IMG/VR virus record: IMGVR_UViG_3300005512_000050
Coordinates: 1 to 50,076 of that record
DNA: 50,076 bases
Reading direction: 5' to 3' (one strand)
Origin: a virus
Lineage: Duplodnaviria; Caudoviricetes
The first letter of the stretch is position 1; every line of letters begins with the position of its first letter. Under the pieces are notes generated by a model that saw only the letters and a program-made list of their open reading frames with translations, ran no database searches and was not told where the DNA came from. Shown piece after piece: positions 38,582-47,796 of the stretch. The position numbers and the translations under genes are program-made.

Positions 38582-40643
38582 TTGCGCTAAATCCTTGTTC
38601 ACCCGGAACTGGTGCTTGTCCTGTTCCTATGTTACCGCCACCTGCACCTGTTGGGTCTAATGGATTAGCCCCTGCTGGTGCGCCTTGTTCTTGTGGCTGT
38701 TCTTGTTGGAAGCCTTTCATCAGTTCTGCCTGAATAGCGGCTTCATCCATATTGTTGGTAACTTTGTCGGGGTCTAACTCCATAGATTTTGCAATCTCAC
38801 GGATAATATATTGGAACTTAGCAAACGGTGCAAGTGCTGGATTGCTTGCTACCTGTAAGAACTGCATTAGTCTTTGACTACGTACTTCGTTAGCCATTAG
38901 ACTTTCTGTACCTCTTGCTCTTACTTCTAAGTCACCTTTTATTTGTGGGTCATAATCAAACTGCATATTAAATCTAAACAGTCCTTCTCCTAAAGGACGT
39001 AATAGATAATCATCTACGTTCTTAATAACAGTCTTTGTGCCACCTGCTGCAGCATTCATCAACATAGATATACCACTAGCAGTTCTACCTACACCTGATA
39101 CACCTGTCTGACCATGTGCAAAGGATGGGAAGCCTGTGCTTTCATCTGCAAGTACACGAGCCTTGTCAAACAGCATCATGTTCTCACTAGATACATTCGG
39201 GAACTTTGTACCAAATATAGCCTGACCCGGTGCGCCACCTTGTCTACGGAACACCTTGCCCGGATATAGTGATAAGTCTTGACCCGGCACTAGGTTTGTC
39301 TCATCAACCTCTACAATCAAATTGCCAGACAATACAGCATTGTCAACAGCCATACGCATAAAGCCATTCATTAATGTCTGTGTATCGTCCATGTTTTCAG
39401 CGATACCTACACCAAAGAATGAGTATGGGTTTAACTCATATGGTGCAGCATGGTATGGTATTCTAGCAGGTTTGAATGGATTAAGTACCATACGTAGTAG
39501 CTTACCATTACAAATCCATACGTTAGCCTGTAACTCATCAAATGTTTTCAGTTCTTCTGGTATCTCTACATCTGCTTCTTCAAGCACATCTGTATCAACA
39601 GTACCCCAATACTCAAGAACATCAAATCGTTCTACACCGTGTTCTGGTGCATAGTCAGATAAATCATCTTCCCAGTATTCTTTGATGTAGTTCTCACCCA
39701 TCTGGATGACTTCATCAATTACGTTTCCTCTGAACATCGGCCTCTTTTTGAGATTCCGTAATTGCGACCTTGACATCTTGTGTCGTTCAATGACATACTG
39801 CGCTTCATCCATATTATTGGCATCAGGGTCAGGATAGAAATTCCATACAGAAACATGGGTAACTTGTGGCATTGTTTTGAAAACTGGGTCATACTCACCG
39901 TCCTCATTCCAGTTGGGATATTCTTTGTCAATAGCAAATGGACCTTTCATAACACCAGTTCCAAATAATGCCATTTCAAATGCAGAGTTTCTAAGATGCT
40001 TACTTGCACCTGATTCTTCTAACTGGTCATGTATTTTCTTCTGCATCTTCTTTGCAGCCACCATAGCTGGGCTAAAGGTAACTGAGGTAGGTGTCATACC
40101 CGGACCTTCTTTAAGCCCGTCTATACCGCTTAATTTGTCCGTTAAAGGACCAAGCATTTCTTCTAGTGTCTTTGCTGTAGCACCCGGTGGTAAGTCTCTA
40201 CCATCACCAGCAAATCCGTATGGGCTACTTAGTGCAGTATCACCACGTAATTGTTCTGGTTCTTGTGGGTCAAAGTTGACATCTGCGACAACTCCTTCTG
40301 GCAACTCAGTAGGTTCAACAGAGACAGGAAAACGATTATTAGCAAAAAGGACATCAACGATTTGCCCATAAGCTGCCAAAGTTTTTGTTTTTGTAACCTT
40401 GATAAAGACACGTGACTTCTCCGATTCAGTAAACTGTACATCAGGTCCGTATAATCCACGGTAATTACGATAGGCTTTTAGCCAACGCTGTTCATCTTGA
40501 TAGCGATAGTCTTCTGCTCTTTTATACTTTTCACGAATGAATGGTACGATTGAAGATACATCAGCATCTTCTGTTGTGCTATCCTCAGTATCTTCTAAGG
40601 CGATAGCTTCATCTTCAATCATTACATTTTCATCTTCTGCCAT
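38508..40643 (-). CDS. portal protein
   Basis: 711 aa after the terminase; LFGTGVMKG, WNFYPDP, FFGVGI and RTASGISML motifs. Confidence 0.9.
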   Translation of the reverse strand: MAEDENVMIEDEAIALEDTEDSTTEDADVSSIVPFIREKYKRAEDYRYQDEQRWLKAYRNYRGLYGPDVQFTESEKSRVFIKVTKTKTLAAYGQIVDVLFANNRFPVSVEPTELPEGVVADVNFDPQEPEQLRGDTALSSPYGFAGDGRDLPPGATAKTLEEMLGPLTDKLSGIDGLKEGPGMTPTSVTFSPAMVAAKKMQKKIHDQLEESGASKHLRNSAFEMALFGTGVMKGPFAIDKEYPNWNEDGEYDPVFKTMPQVTHVSVWNFYPDPDANNMDEAQYVIERHKMSRSQLRNLKKRPMFRGNVIDEVIQMGENYIKEYWEDDLSDYAPEHGVERFDVLEYWGTVDTDVLEEADVEIPEELKTFDELQANVWICNGKLLRMVLNPFKPARIPYHAAPYELNPYSFFGVGIAENMDDTQTLMNGFMRMAVDNAVLSGNLIVEVDETNLVPGQDLSLYPGKVFRRQGGAPGQAIFGTKFPNVSSENMMLFDKARVLADESTGFPSFAHGQTGVSGVGRTASGISMLMNAAAGGTKTVIKNVDDYLLRPLGEGLFRFNMQFDYDPQIKGDLEVRARGTESLMANEVRSQRLMQFLQVASNPALAPFAKFQYIIREIAKSMELDPDKVTNNMDEAAIQAELMKGFQQEQPQEQGAPAGANPLDPTGAGGGNIGTGQAPVPGEQGFSANGQTAGTQQTQAPSEQQPPVGSVQ

Positions 40644-40653
40644 TTTCTATTCC

Positions 40654-42213
40654 TTAATATCCAAAGGTTGAATCTGCTACTTGCATACCACCACCCGGTC
40701 TTCCATGTGGGTCATAATCAAATATACTAAATCGTGGTCTTGACATTATACCATATCTCATCGCATCGTACAAGTGGTCTTCTGCAGTCGTGTCAATATC
40801 TTCTGGATTGCGTTTGTCAATCGGCAAGGCAGGTAACTGTGAGATAATGTTTGTACAACTACTAAAGAAAACAAGTCTAGGCTCTTCCGTATATTCATCT
40901 ACTTGTAGTCGTCTGTGTATTTCGTTTTTACCAGCAACACGACTACCTCTGCTTCTATCTGATGGTCGCCATCTGCAACCCTTCTGTATCATTTGCTCTG
41001 CAAGGCTAGGACCAGTATCACCACGCTTATGCCAAAGAGAACTGTCAAGAACACCATACTTAATATTGCCATCGCCAGATTCTAAGTCCAACACCATATC
41101 GGCTAAATCAGTTGCGAGTACCTTAGAGGTGTATAGTTCTCTGTAAACAATGAGTTGCTCACTAGGACTAACGGCAAACCAAACCACGCCACTGTATGAA
41201 CCATAGCCATAGTCACATGCTCTAAACTTAACCCAGTTGTTAGGTATATCAAAAGGCTCAACAACATGGATATCCCGATTAAATTCGGTAAACGCTGCCC
41301 CTTCTTTAATATCCCAATCACCTTCAAGCAACTGTCTACGTTGTTGTTCAGGAAGCGAAAGAAGCATAGCTTCGTAGTCACCTGCGTCTGATAGGTACGG
41401 GTTGTCAGATAATCGTGCCGGGATGAACCTTCGCTTAAATAAGGCTTTACCAGCTTTGCTGTGTCCTGCTGGATATCTAAGAACTTCGCCAGTTTCAATA
41501 TCTGTGGCATCAAATGCTTTACCGTATGCTGATGGGTCAATGAACATTTTCTTCACCCAGTGATGACCTCTTCCACCGGGGTTAGTTGTAGCACGCATAT
41601 AAATAGGCAAGTCAGGGGCAGTGGACCTTAAACGAGAACGCATGTAATTCCATGCATATGGTGACTGCCACTGTGTTAACTCGTCAAAGCCTATCCAGCT
41701 AAACGCTAGACCCTGATAGCGAAGAACGTCATCATCTCTATCCAGATAAGACATCCACAGTCTCGCACCAGAAGGGGCAGTCCACTGCATCTTTCTTTCC
41801 GACCACTTTATGCCGGGCCATATTTTTGGGTACAACTCTTGAGATTTAAATATAAGTTCTCTAAGTTCTTCTGTTGTATGTCGTAACAGCAATCCACTAA
41901 ATGCTGGATGCCCCATATAACGTAGTGGGTCTGCTAACATGGCGTAAGACTTACCACCACCTGCTGAACCACCGTAGAGTACCTCACGTTCCCCTGCAGC
42001 TAGAAAGTCTGTCTGAGGTCCGGGGTTTGGTTTAAATAAGACATTAGCGTGTTCTTCTTCTTTAAACTCATCTATATCAATGTCTTTAATTTCAACCGTT
42101 GGCTTTTGCGCCTGTTCTTTCTTCTTCAAGGGCTTTCGCCTTGGCGATTGCCTTTTCCGCATATTCTGCCCACTTGCGGATGCTTGCAACTTGGTTCTTA
42201 CGTTGTCGCTCAT
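40654..42213 (-). CDS. terL: terminase large subunit (start uncertain; TTG at 42129 possible)
   Basis: YGGSAGGGKS, IGFDELT, ATTNPGG, RACDYGY and EDHLYDAMRY. Confidence 0.92.
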   Translation of the reverse strand: MSDNVRTKLQASASGQNMRKRQSPRRKPLKKKEQAQKPTVEIKDIDIDEFKEEEHANVLFKPNPGPQTDFLAAGEREVLYGGSAGGGKSYAMLADPLRYMGHPAFSGLLLRHTTEELRELIFKSQELYPKIWPGIKWSERKMQWTAPSGARLWMSYLDRDDDVLRYQGLAFSWIGFDELTQWQSPYAWNYMRSRLRSTAPDLPIYMRATTNPGGRGHHWVKKMFIDPSAYGKAFDATDIETGEVLRYPAGHSKAGKALFKRRFIPARLSDNPYLSDAGDYEAMLLSLPEQQRRQLLEGDWDIKEGAAFTEFNRDIHVVEPFDIPNNWVKFRACDYGYGSYSGVVWFAVSPSEQLIVYRELYTSKVLATDLADMVLDLESGDGNIKYGVLDSSLWHKRGDTGPSLAEQMIQKGCRWRPSDRSRGSRVAGKNEIHRRLQVDEYTEEPRLVFFSSCTNIISQLPALPIDKRNPEDIDTTAEDHLYDAMRYGIMSRPRFSIFDYDPHGRPGGGMQVADSTFGY

Positions 42214-42499
42214 TCTGTAACCGTTTCCTTAATCCTACGTGAGATATATACCTGCCAGAGTTTGTACTTAACCAATTAGCTACCTCACGATAGCTGTATT
42301 GATTTACGTGTTGTCTAGCCTTTTCTAATAAATCTAATTCAGTTGGTATGGGGTCAAGAATGTCAGGGTCTTCTTCATTGAACTTATATCCAAATGGTAC
42401 AGTACGTGCTATGCGTGGTATCTGTACCCACTCGTTCTCTTCTTTTATATCTGTCGGTTGTGGGAGTTTCCACTTGCCTATGCTTCTAGTCATCTTCAC
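42092..42499 (-). CDS. HTH-containing protein upstream of terminase
   Basis: VPFGY, YSYREVANWL...ISHVGLRKRL. Confidence 0.6.
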   Translation of the reverse strand: MKMTRSIGKWKLPQPTDIKEENEWVQIPRIARTVPFGYKFNEEDPDILDPIPTELDLLEKARQHVNQYSYREVANWLSTNSGRYISHVGLRKRLQNERQRKNQVASIRKWAEYAEKAIAKAKALEEERTGAKANG

Positions 42500-42857
42500 T
42501 TGTAGCTTTAGGTGGCATAAGCATCACACCACCACTAGATTCCACTTGCATTTTCTCTGTCTTCACCAAACCTGAACGGTCTAGTAATTCTTTAGCTGCT
42601 GCCATCTTGTCACGTATGCCTAGTTCTGTTGGGTCATACAGCGCACCTGTCATAGCCATTGCCGCCTTTGGTGCATTACGTGCCATATACATAGATGTAG
42701 CTTCTAGTATCTCATCTTTTAATCCTTTTACAATAGCAGTGGTAGGAGTATTGTCTGAGTATCCAGCAATTTTCTTTGCTTGCACAACATCACCACCTGC
42801 TTCTTCAAACAGAACTGCAAGAAATTTTTGTTGTCTTTCGTTTAACTGCCGTGTCAT
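42486..42857 (-). CDS. probable terminase small subunit
   Basis: LNERQQKFL...AKKIAGYS HTH and AAAKELLDRSG; GGAG RBS before ATG 42857. Confidence 0.6.
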   Translation of the reverse strand: MTRQLNERQQKFLAVLFEEAGGDVVQAKKIAGYSDNTPTTAIVKGLKDEILEATSMYMARNAPKAAMAMTGALYDPTELGIRDKMAAAKELLDRSGLVKTEKMQVESSGGVMLMPPKATSEDD

Positions 42858-43342
42858 TTGATTTCTCCAGTATGCATGGCGTGGGCTAAACGTGTTGCAC
42901 GTGATTTTACCTGATTTGCCCACCTGCTGTCAAGCATTTCTTTTGCTGCAGTAGGAAAATCTTTTTCATGTATAGCCGCCCACATATTTTTAAACTTCTT
43001 TAATCTTGGCACACCCATATTAAATGCCATGTCCATTACTACAAGTTGACGTACAGCGTCTAAGCTATCCACGCAAGGGTGCGCTCTGCATAGTTCTTCC
43101 TCAACAATCTGTACGTCATTCGTTGCTAAATAGACCGCATCTTCTTTAGTAATACCATGCTCATATATAACATCCATATTTGGAATATCCATATGCTCAA
43201 GTTCTGCTTTACTAATGCCACGGTCTTTTAGGTTTCTTCCGATGCCAATTGTATCAATGCCTAGTGTATCTTGGTACACTGTAAGCACAAGACCTTCTCC
43301 ATCAATCAGCTTCTTTATAAATGTTTCTCTGTCGTACTTCAT
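42854..43342 (-). CDS. endolysin, T4-type lysozyme (GH24)
   Basis: E-x8-D-x5-T triad EGLVLTVYQDTLGIDTIGIG; MAFNMG; SRWANQVKSRA. Confidence 0.9.
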   Translation of the reverse strand: MKYDRETFIKKLIDGEGLVLTVYQDTLGIDTIGIGRNLKDRGISKAELEHMDIPNMDVIYEHGITKEDAVYLATNDVQIVEEELCRAHPCVDSLDAVRQLVVMDMAFNMGVPRLKKFKNMWAAIHEKDFPTAAKEMLDSRWANQVKSRATRLAHAMHTGEIK

Positions 43343-43536
43343 TTCTTCTCACTACCTAACCACACTGCGAATGCACCTGTCATTGCACCACTAACTACAG
43401 ATATCATTGCACTCTGTTGTGTTGATAAATCTTCTAAAGACATTCCCCACTCAATCACTCGCATGTACATTATTGTCATTACAAGCATCATTAATCGTGG
43501 TACTATCTTGTATTCTAATATCGTCTTTGCAGCCAT
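43339..43536 (-). CDS. two-TM membrane protein (holin/antiholin candidate)
   Basis: Two hydrophobic helices; adjacent to the lysozyme. Confidence 0.5.
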   Translation of the reverse strand: MAAKTILEYKIVPRLMMLVMTIMYMRVIEWGMSLEDLSTQQSAMISVVSGAMTGAFAVWLGSEKK

Positions 43537-43538
43537 TG

Positions 43539-43922
43539 TTATTTCTTTCCGAAGAATTTAGTTGCGCTACGTACTCCAAAAGAAGCAGCCACAATAATGC
43601 CAAGACTATACTGATACCACTGAGGCATTGCTTCCAACTGGGCAAAACCATTTGCTACTACCTCTTCCATTCCCGGTATGAATGCTAAGATTAATGGGAT
43701 ACTAAATAGAATGGTAAGCCACTCATCTTTCCATGAAGACTGACTACCTTTAGCCATCTCCAAATCCCAATCAATCTCACCCGTAGCTTTCTTCTGCATT
43801 ACTACAGCTTCAGCCTGTGCCTTGGCTACCTTAGTAGCTGACTGTGCTTTCTTCTCTTCTACCTTACCTTGTAACCATGTACCAGCTAAATCTGCTACAG
43901 GTCCTATCAGCATATTAAGCAC
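43539..43922 (-). CDS. holin-like membrane protein
   Basis: SWKDEWLTILFSIPLILAF...ASFGVR; GAGG RBS before GTG 43922. Confidence 0.55.
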   Translation of the reverse strand: MLNMLIGPVADLAGTWLQGKVEEKKAQSATKVAKAQAEAVVMQKKATGEIDWDLEMAKGSQSSWKDEWLTILFSIPLILAFIPGMEEVVANGFAQLEAMPQWYQYSLGIIVAASFGVRSATKFFGKK

Positions 43923-44160
43923 GTCTAAACCTCGCTGTTTTCTTTGCAATTGAAGCTGGTTGCTTCACAAACTGTTTCCCCTGCTTTGTTCCTTGGCGTT
44001 TCGCTCGTGATGTTGCCGCATACTCCGCAGATGTAAGGCTCTTTATCGCTGAAGTAGGAAGGTATCTTTCGCCAGTTTTGCTTGAAGGTTTCCCAGATTT
44101 GGTTCTCCACTTTTGTTTTGTCCATGACTTTAAACTCTTTTGTGATTTTGCTAGTGCCAT
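43915..44160 (-). CDS. basic protein, DUF5872-like C-terminal half
   Basis: SQKSLKSWTKQKWRTKSG...RYLP...GKQFV. Confidence 0.55.
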   Translation of the reverse strand: MALAKSQKSLKSWTKQKWRTKSGKPSSKTGERYLPTSAIKSLTSAEYAATSRAKRQGTKQGKQFVKQPASIAKKTARFRRA

Positions 44161-44618
44161 TATAAACCTTTCAAGAAGATAGCAAACCAGACTACTAAAG
44201 CTAAACCACCTAATCCTACAATAATAAGTATAGTAAGAAGTAAACCTTCTATTATTTGCTTTCTTTTCTTACGTGCTTTTTCTTCTTCTGCTCTTCTCTG
44301 CTTTCTCATCTTGGCTTGAAATACTAGCCAATCATCCCACAAATGATTTCTACCATATAACATCATTAGTTCTTTAAGTTCATGCTCTTGTTCTCTTATC
44401 TTTTCAAGTGCCATAAACTCATCTAAATCATTTGCACCTTTACCTTTGAAAGCTGACCAGAAAGAGTTTTTCTTTTTACTACCTTGCTTCTCTAACTTTT
44501 CCTTGATTCCAATGTATTCACCAATACTGTGTGCAGCACTAGCTAAATCTTTCCCGTTCATTACGGTTTGTTTTATAACACCGAATGCAGCATTGGCTGC
44601 GGCTAGTTCTGCTAACAT
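44160..44618 (-). CDS. hypothetical protein with C-terminal TM helix
   Basis: ORF with GGGGAG RBS; hydrophobic C-terminus. Confidence 0.6.
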   Translation of the reverse strand: MLAELAAANAAFGVIKQTVMNGKDLASAAHSIGEYIGIKEKLEKQGSKKKNSFWSAFKGKGANDLDEFMALEKIREQEHELKELMMLYGRNHLWDDWLVFQAKMRKQRRAEEEKARKKRKQIIEGLLLTILIIVGLGGLALVVWFAIFLKGL

Positions 44619-44644
44619 GTGTCTCCCCCTTCACGTGTTGCATT

Positions 44645-44908
44645 TTATTTGTAACCACCGCCTTTTGCTTTATATTTGCTGGCTAGTAGCTGTGCTTTTC
44701 TTGCAGACCACTGACCCGGATTACCACCTTTACTGCCAGCTTTAATGCTATTAAATAAGTTCTTTCTCATTGTGGGCTTAGTATAGTTGCCAGCTTCATT
44801 AACTCTTGATTTGCTCTGTGTCGTACCGCCTTTCGCAAGGCCAATCTTTCTAGTCGGTTTCTTTTTCTTTGCAGTTTGTGAGGTTTTCTTTGTAGAGACA
44901 CGTGCCAT
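44645..44908 (-). CDS. basic protein, DUF5872-like N-terminal half
   Basis: NYTKPTMRK...KGGNPGQWSARKAQLLASKYKAKGGGY. Confidence 0.55.
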   Translation of the reverse strand: MARVSTKKTSQTAKKKKPTRKIGLAKGGTTQSKSRVNEAGNYTKPTMRKNLFNSIKAGSKGGNPGQWSARKAQLLASKYKAKGGGYK

Positions 44909-44912
44909 CTCC

Positions 44913-45254
44913 TTAACTCCGTTGTGGTAAATATGTTTCTTTTACTTTAACAGTTATTGTTACTGCACTATTTGCACTTGCTAATCCTCTTAACTTATCT
45001 CCTTTAAATAACCATAATGGGTCATCGTTTATTTGAAGCAGACTATTTGGTAGTAATTCTATTGTTTCAGCTAACGTATAGAATGTAGTATTCTGTGCAT
45101 CATACCAATCTAAACTAAATGTAACACTATTTGTTGAAGCATTGTTAATATAGATATTATCTATCTCTGCTTCATAGTTAGCAGGTACAGTGTATATGTC
45201 AGCATTGCTTGTGGTAAGTTCAAGTCCTACTGTACGGTTCTTTGTTTCTGCCAT
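44913..45254 (-). CDS. hypothetical beta-rich protein
   Basis: IYTVPA...LFKGDKL pattern. Confidence 0.6.
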   Translation of the reverse strand: MAETKNRTVGLELTTSNADIYTVPANYEAEIDNIYINNASTNSVTFSLDWYDAQNTTFYTLAETIELLPNSLLQINDDPLWLFKGDKLRGLASANSAVTITVKVKETYLPQRS

Positions 45255-45255
45255 A

Positions 45256-46005
45256 TTAGTTCTCTATGTATATAATATCAAATGTAGATGAAACTCGTAA
45301 GTCAGCATTTGAACTGTCAGCTATTGCACGAAACTCAATATCTGTTTTCTCAGGTATAGGCTGTGGACAAGTAATGTCTTGGTGATATGAACCTGCAAAT
45401 AAATCAAACTTATTCTGAGTACGAAATACACCATTAACTTCTCTAGTTAACATGCGTATTGTAGCAACTTTGTTATTCTGTATTGTAAATGCTGTAGTAT
45501 CTATCTGAAACAAGTATGCTGTATAACCAGCAGGTACAGTCCATAGTGCCATCAAAGTTTGTTGGTCAGCAATAGATACATAAGCATAGGTAGTAGAACT
45601 ATTAGTAATGCTGATATTGCCACTACTTGCACTACTGCCAGACACAAAAGCACGATAAACCCGAAGAAAACTTCCAGTGGTAGTAGCAGTACCTGAAGCA
45701 TTAAGTGTGACAGTTTCGGATAACTCAGCATAGTTTGTGTCTAATCCTTGTATGGTTACTTCTACATTCTCGTCTGAAGCACCAGCACTGCTTGTAGCTG
45801 TCATTGTTACAGCACTAGATGGGTAGGCATACAAACCACCTACATCCCAAATAGTCTCTTCTACGTTTTGGATTTCCCCGTTATACCCAAACTTGAATAT
45901 ACGTTTATGACCATCAACTAATCCACGTGACACTTGTAAGAAGTACGGATAATATCCTACTCCACCACCCATGCCAATTAATTGTGGATAGCTTGTAATA
46001 CTCAT
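45256..46005 (-). CDS. hypothetical beta-rich (probably structural) protein
   Basis: FKFGYN, IQGLD, WTVPAGYTAYL and IPEKTDIEFRA. Confidence 0.6.
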   Translation of the reverse strand: MSITSYPQLIGMGGGVGYYPYFLQVSRGLVDGHKRIFKFGYNGEIQNVEETIWDVGGLYAYPSSAVTMTATSSAGASDENVEVTIQGLDTNYAELSETVTLNASGTATTTGSFLRVYRAFVSGSSASSGNISITNSSTTYAYVSIADQQTLMALWTVPAGYTAYLFQIDTTAFTIQNNKVATIRMLTREVNGVFRTQNKFDLFAGSYHQDITCPQPIPEKTDIEFRAIADSSNADLRVSSTFDIIYIEN

Positions 46006-46151
46006 TACTTAATACGTACCTTATCAATACAGATAACTGACCACTTGTGCAGTTTAACATTCCACCTGCCAAGTAGTCTAGCTATCTTTAAACAGACATG
46101 ACTTAAGAATGTCCAGTATGCATCTACTATAATATTCTTTAAGTCAGACAT
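46005..46151 (-). CDS. 48-aa hypothetical protein (not in ORF track)
   Basis: MSDLKNIIVDAYWTFLSH...; TAATG coupling at both ends. Confidence 0.55.
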   Translation of the reverse strand: MSDLKNIIVDAYWTFLSHVCLKIARLLGRWNVKLHKWSVICIDKVRIK

Positions 46152-46288
46152 TACTTTTTCTTTGCTACGCCACCACGCATCATTTTCTTCTTAGCCATCT
46201 TAGCCATGCCACCGCCACGCATCTTCTTTTGTGCAACACCGCCACGCATCATTTTCTTTTTAGCTACTTTTGTTTTACCCATTGCCAT
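46151..46288 (-). CDS. 45-aa Lys/Met/Gly-rich basic peptide
   Basis: AGGAG RBS; MAMGKTKVAKKKMMRGGVAQKKMRGGGMAKMAKKKMMRGGVAKKK. Confidence 0.7.
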   Translation of the reverse strand: MAMGKTKVAKKKMMRGGVAQKKMRGGGMAKMAKKKMMRGGVAKKK

Positions 46289-46805
46289 TACGCAATCTCC
46301 TTCTATCAAGAACCAAGGCTTCATATGTATCATCAGGAAAATGTTTATAGTATCCTGATTTCTCTAAACTCAGTGCAGCATCATCTAACACTGACAAACG
46401 CTGCACAAATACCATGCAGTATTCTAAATCACTACTAGTTATACCATCTTCTTCTAAAAAGTCAAGCCCTGCATCACTAGCATCAAACTCTGGATGAAAC
46501 ACCATCAAATGTAAATCTATACCTGCTAGACTTAGTGCTTCATTCATTCCATCACATAGACCATCTAGGTATTCCATGCTTGGCATATCTTCGTCAGCCC
46601 ATACAACTATGTCATAATCGTGGCTATCAAATATTTGTATCTCTGCACGTAGACCTTCAAGACCTGTGTTAACACTAAACATCACCTGATTATCTGCCCA
46701 CGCTTTAGCTGCGTATGGGCATGGTGGTAATCCGTTTAACTTTACGTTTGGTATCTCAAGAAAGTTATGTGACCAATTACGGATGTCTTGTTCTACTCTA
46801 TGCAC
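46275..46805 (-). CDS. DUF1415-like protein
   Basis: PCPYA and MVFHPEFD motifs; GTG start inferred. Confidence 0.55.
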   Translation of the reverse strand: MHRVEQDIRNWSHNFLEIPNVKLNGLPPCPYAAKAWADNQVMFSVNTGLEGLRAEIQIFDSHDYDIVVWADEDMPSMEYLDGLCDGMNEALSLAGIDLHLMVFHPEFDASDAGLDFLEEDGITSSDLEYCMVFVQRLSVLDDAALSLEKSGYYKHFPDDTYEALVLDRRRLRNGNG

Positions 46806-47046
46806 GTCTATTCTTTTTACCTGCTGTAGATGTTCTAGCGAAAGAACGATTACGTGATGCACGTTGTGTTGTTAAGTTACTGCGTCTGTTATCAGTAGGA
46901 TTACCATTCTTGTGTGCTACATCCTTACCTGCTACGTTTACACCGCCCTTTGCTAGTGTTGCACGTGCAGCATTACGAGATGCCCTGCGTTTCTTCTGGG
47001 CAGGTTTAGAGTGGTAGTTAGCATATTCTTTTTTGTAATTACGCAT
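46798..47046 (-). CDS. small HNH-like endonuclease
   Basis: KDVAHKNG...SNL...NRS. Confidence 0.65.
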   Translation of the reverse strand: MRNYKKEYANYHSKPAQKKRRASRNAARATLAKGGVNVAGKDVAHKNGNPTDNRRSNLTTQRASRNRSFARTSTAGKKNRRA

Positions 47047-47374
47047 TACCTGTAATCTTATTAAATGCTTCAGGGCTTTTAGCTTTCAATGCTTTCAGTC
47101 CGGGGTTCATTGTGACTGAACCACCTGCTGCGTACATATGCTTCTTACCATATGCCATGCCACCATCTTTCATTACTGTTTTATCAGTAGTAGCTTTTTC
47201 ACCACCTGTAACCATTGATAACGGTGGTGCTGTTTCTCCACGACTTTTTAATTCAGTAATAGCACGTTTTTTATCAGCTACTGATGCACCACTATTTCTA
47301 TTCAACATAGCTTTTAAGGCTGATGTAGATTGGTCTGATACTTTAAACTTTGGTCTTGATTTAGGTTCAGCCAT
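47039..47374 (-). CDS. basic hypothetical protein with xxGG motifs
   Basis: MKDGG and YAAGG; Lys-rich. Confidence 0.6.
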   Translation of the reverse strand: MAEPKSRPKFKVSDQSTSALKAMLNRNSGASVADKKRAITELKSRGETAPPLSMVTGGEKATTDKTVMKDGGMAYGKKHMYAAGGSVTMNPGLKALKAKSPEAFNKITGNA

Positions 47375-47382
47375 TTTATTTC

Positions 47383-47787
47383 TCACTTCTTTTTTAATTC
47401 AGTTGTATATTTTTTACCATTCCATGTAAAAGTTTTATTACCTTTTTTTCTGAAGTGTGCAAATGCTTCTTTAAATGATACACCACCTTTTGAAACACCT
47501 ACGTTAAAGTTTTTAGCTTTTTTTGCAGGAGAAGTGTTAGCTTTGGGTTTAGCTTTTGTAGATTGCCTTAACTCCATAGATAGTTGAGCAAACTCATTTT
47601 TAGGTGAAGCTAGTTTAGATGGGTCAGAACCTGTCTTTTTTGCGCCAACTGTCGTTGACTTTATAGCTTTTTGTAACGCATCTCCGGGAGTATTTTTCAT
47701 CATAAACTGTAGTACATCATTTTTTGTACTAAAAGCTTTTCGTAGATTAGCCATTAAATCATCGCCAATTTTCTTTTTATCTGCCAT
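47383..47787 (-). CDS. basic hypothetical protein
   Basis: AGGAG RBS; C-terminal FKEAF...FTWNGKKYTT module. Confidence 0.65.
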   Translation of the reverse strand: MADKKKIGDDLMANLRKAFSTKNDVLQFMMKNTPGDALQKAIKSTTVGAKKTGSDPSKLASPKNEFAQLSMELRQSTKAKPKANTSPAKKAKNFNVGVSKGGVSFKEAFAHFRKKGNKTFTWNGKKYTTELKKK

Positions 47788-47796
47788 AGTAATCTC

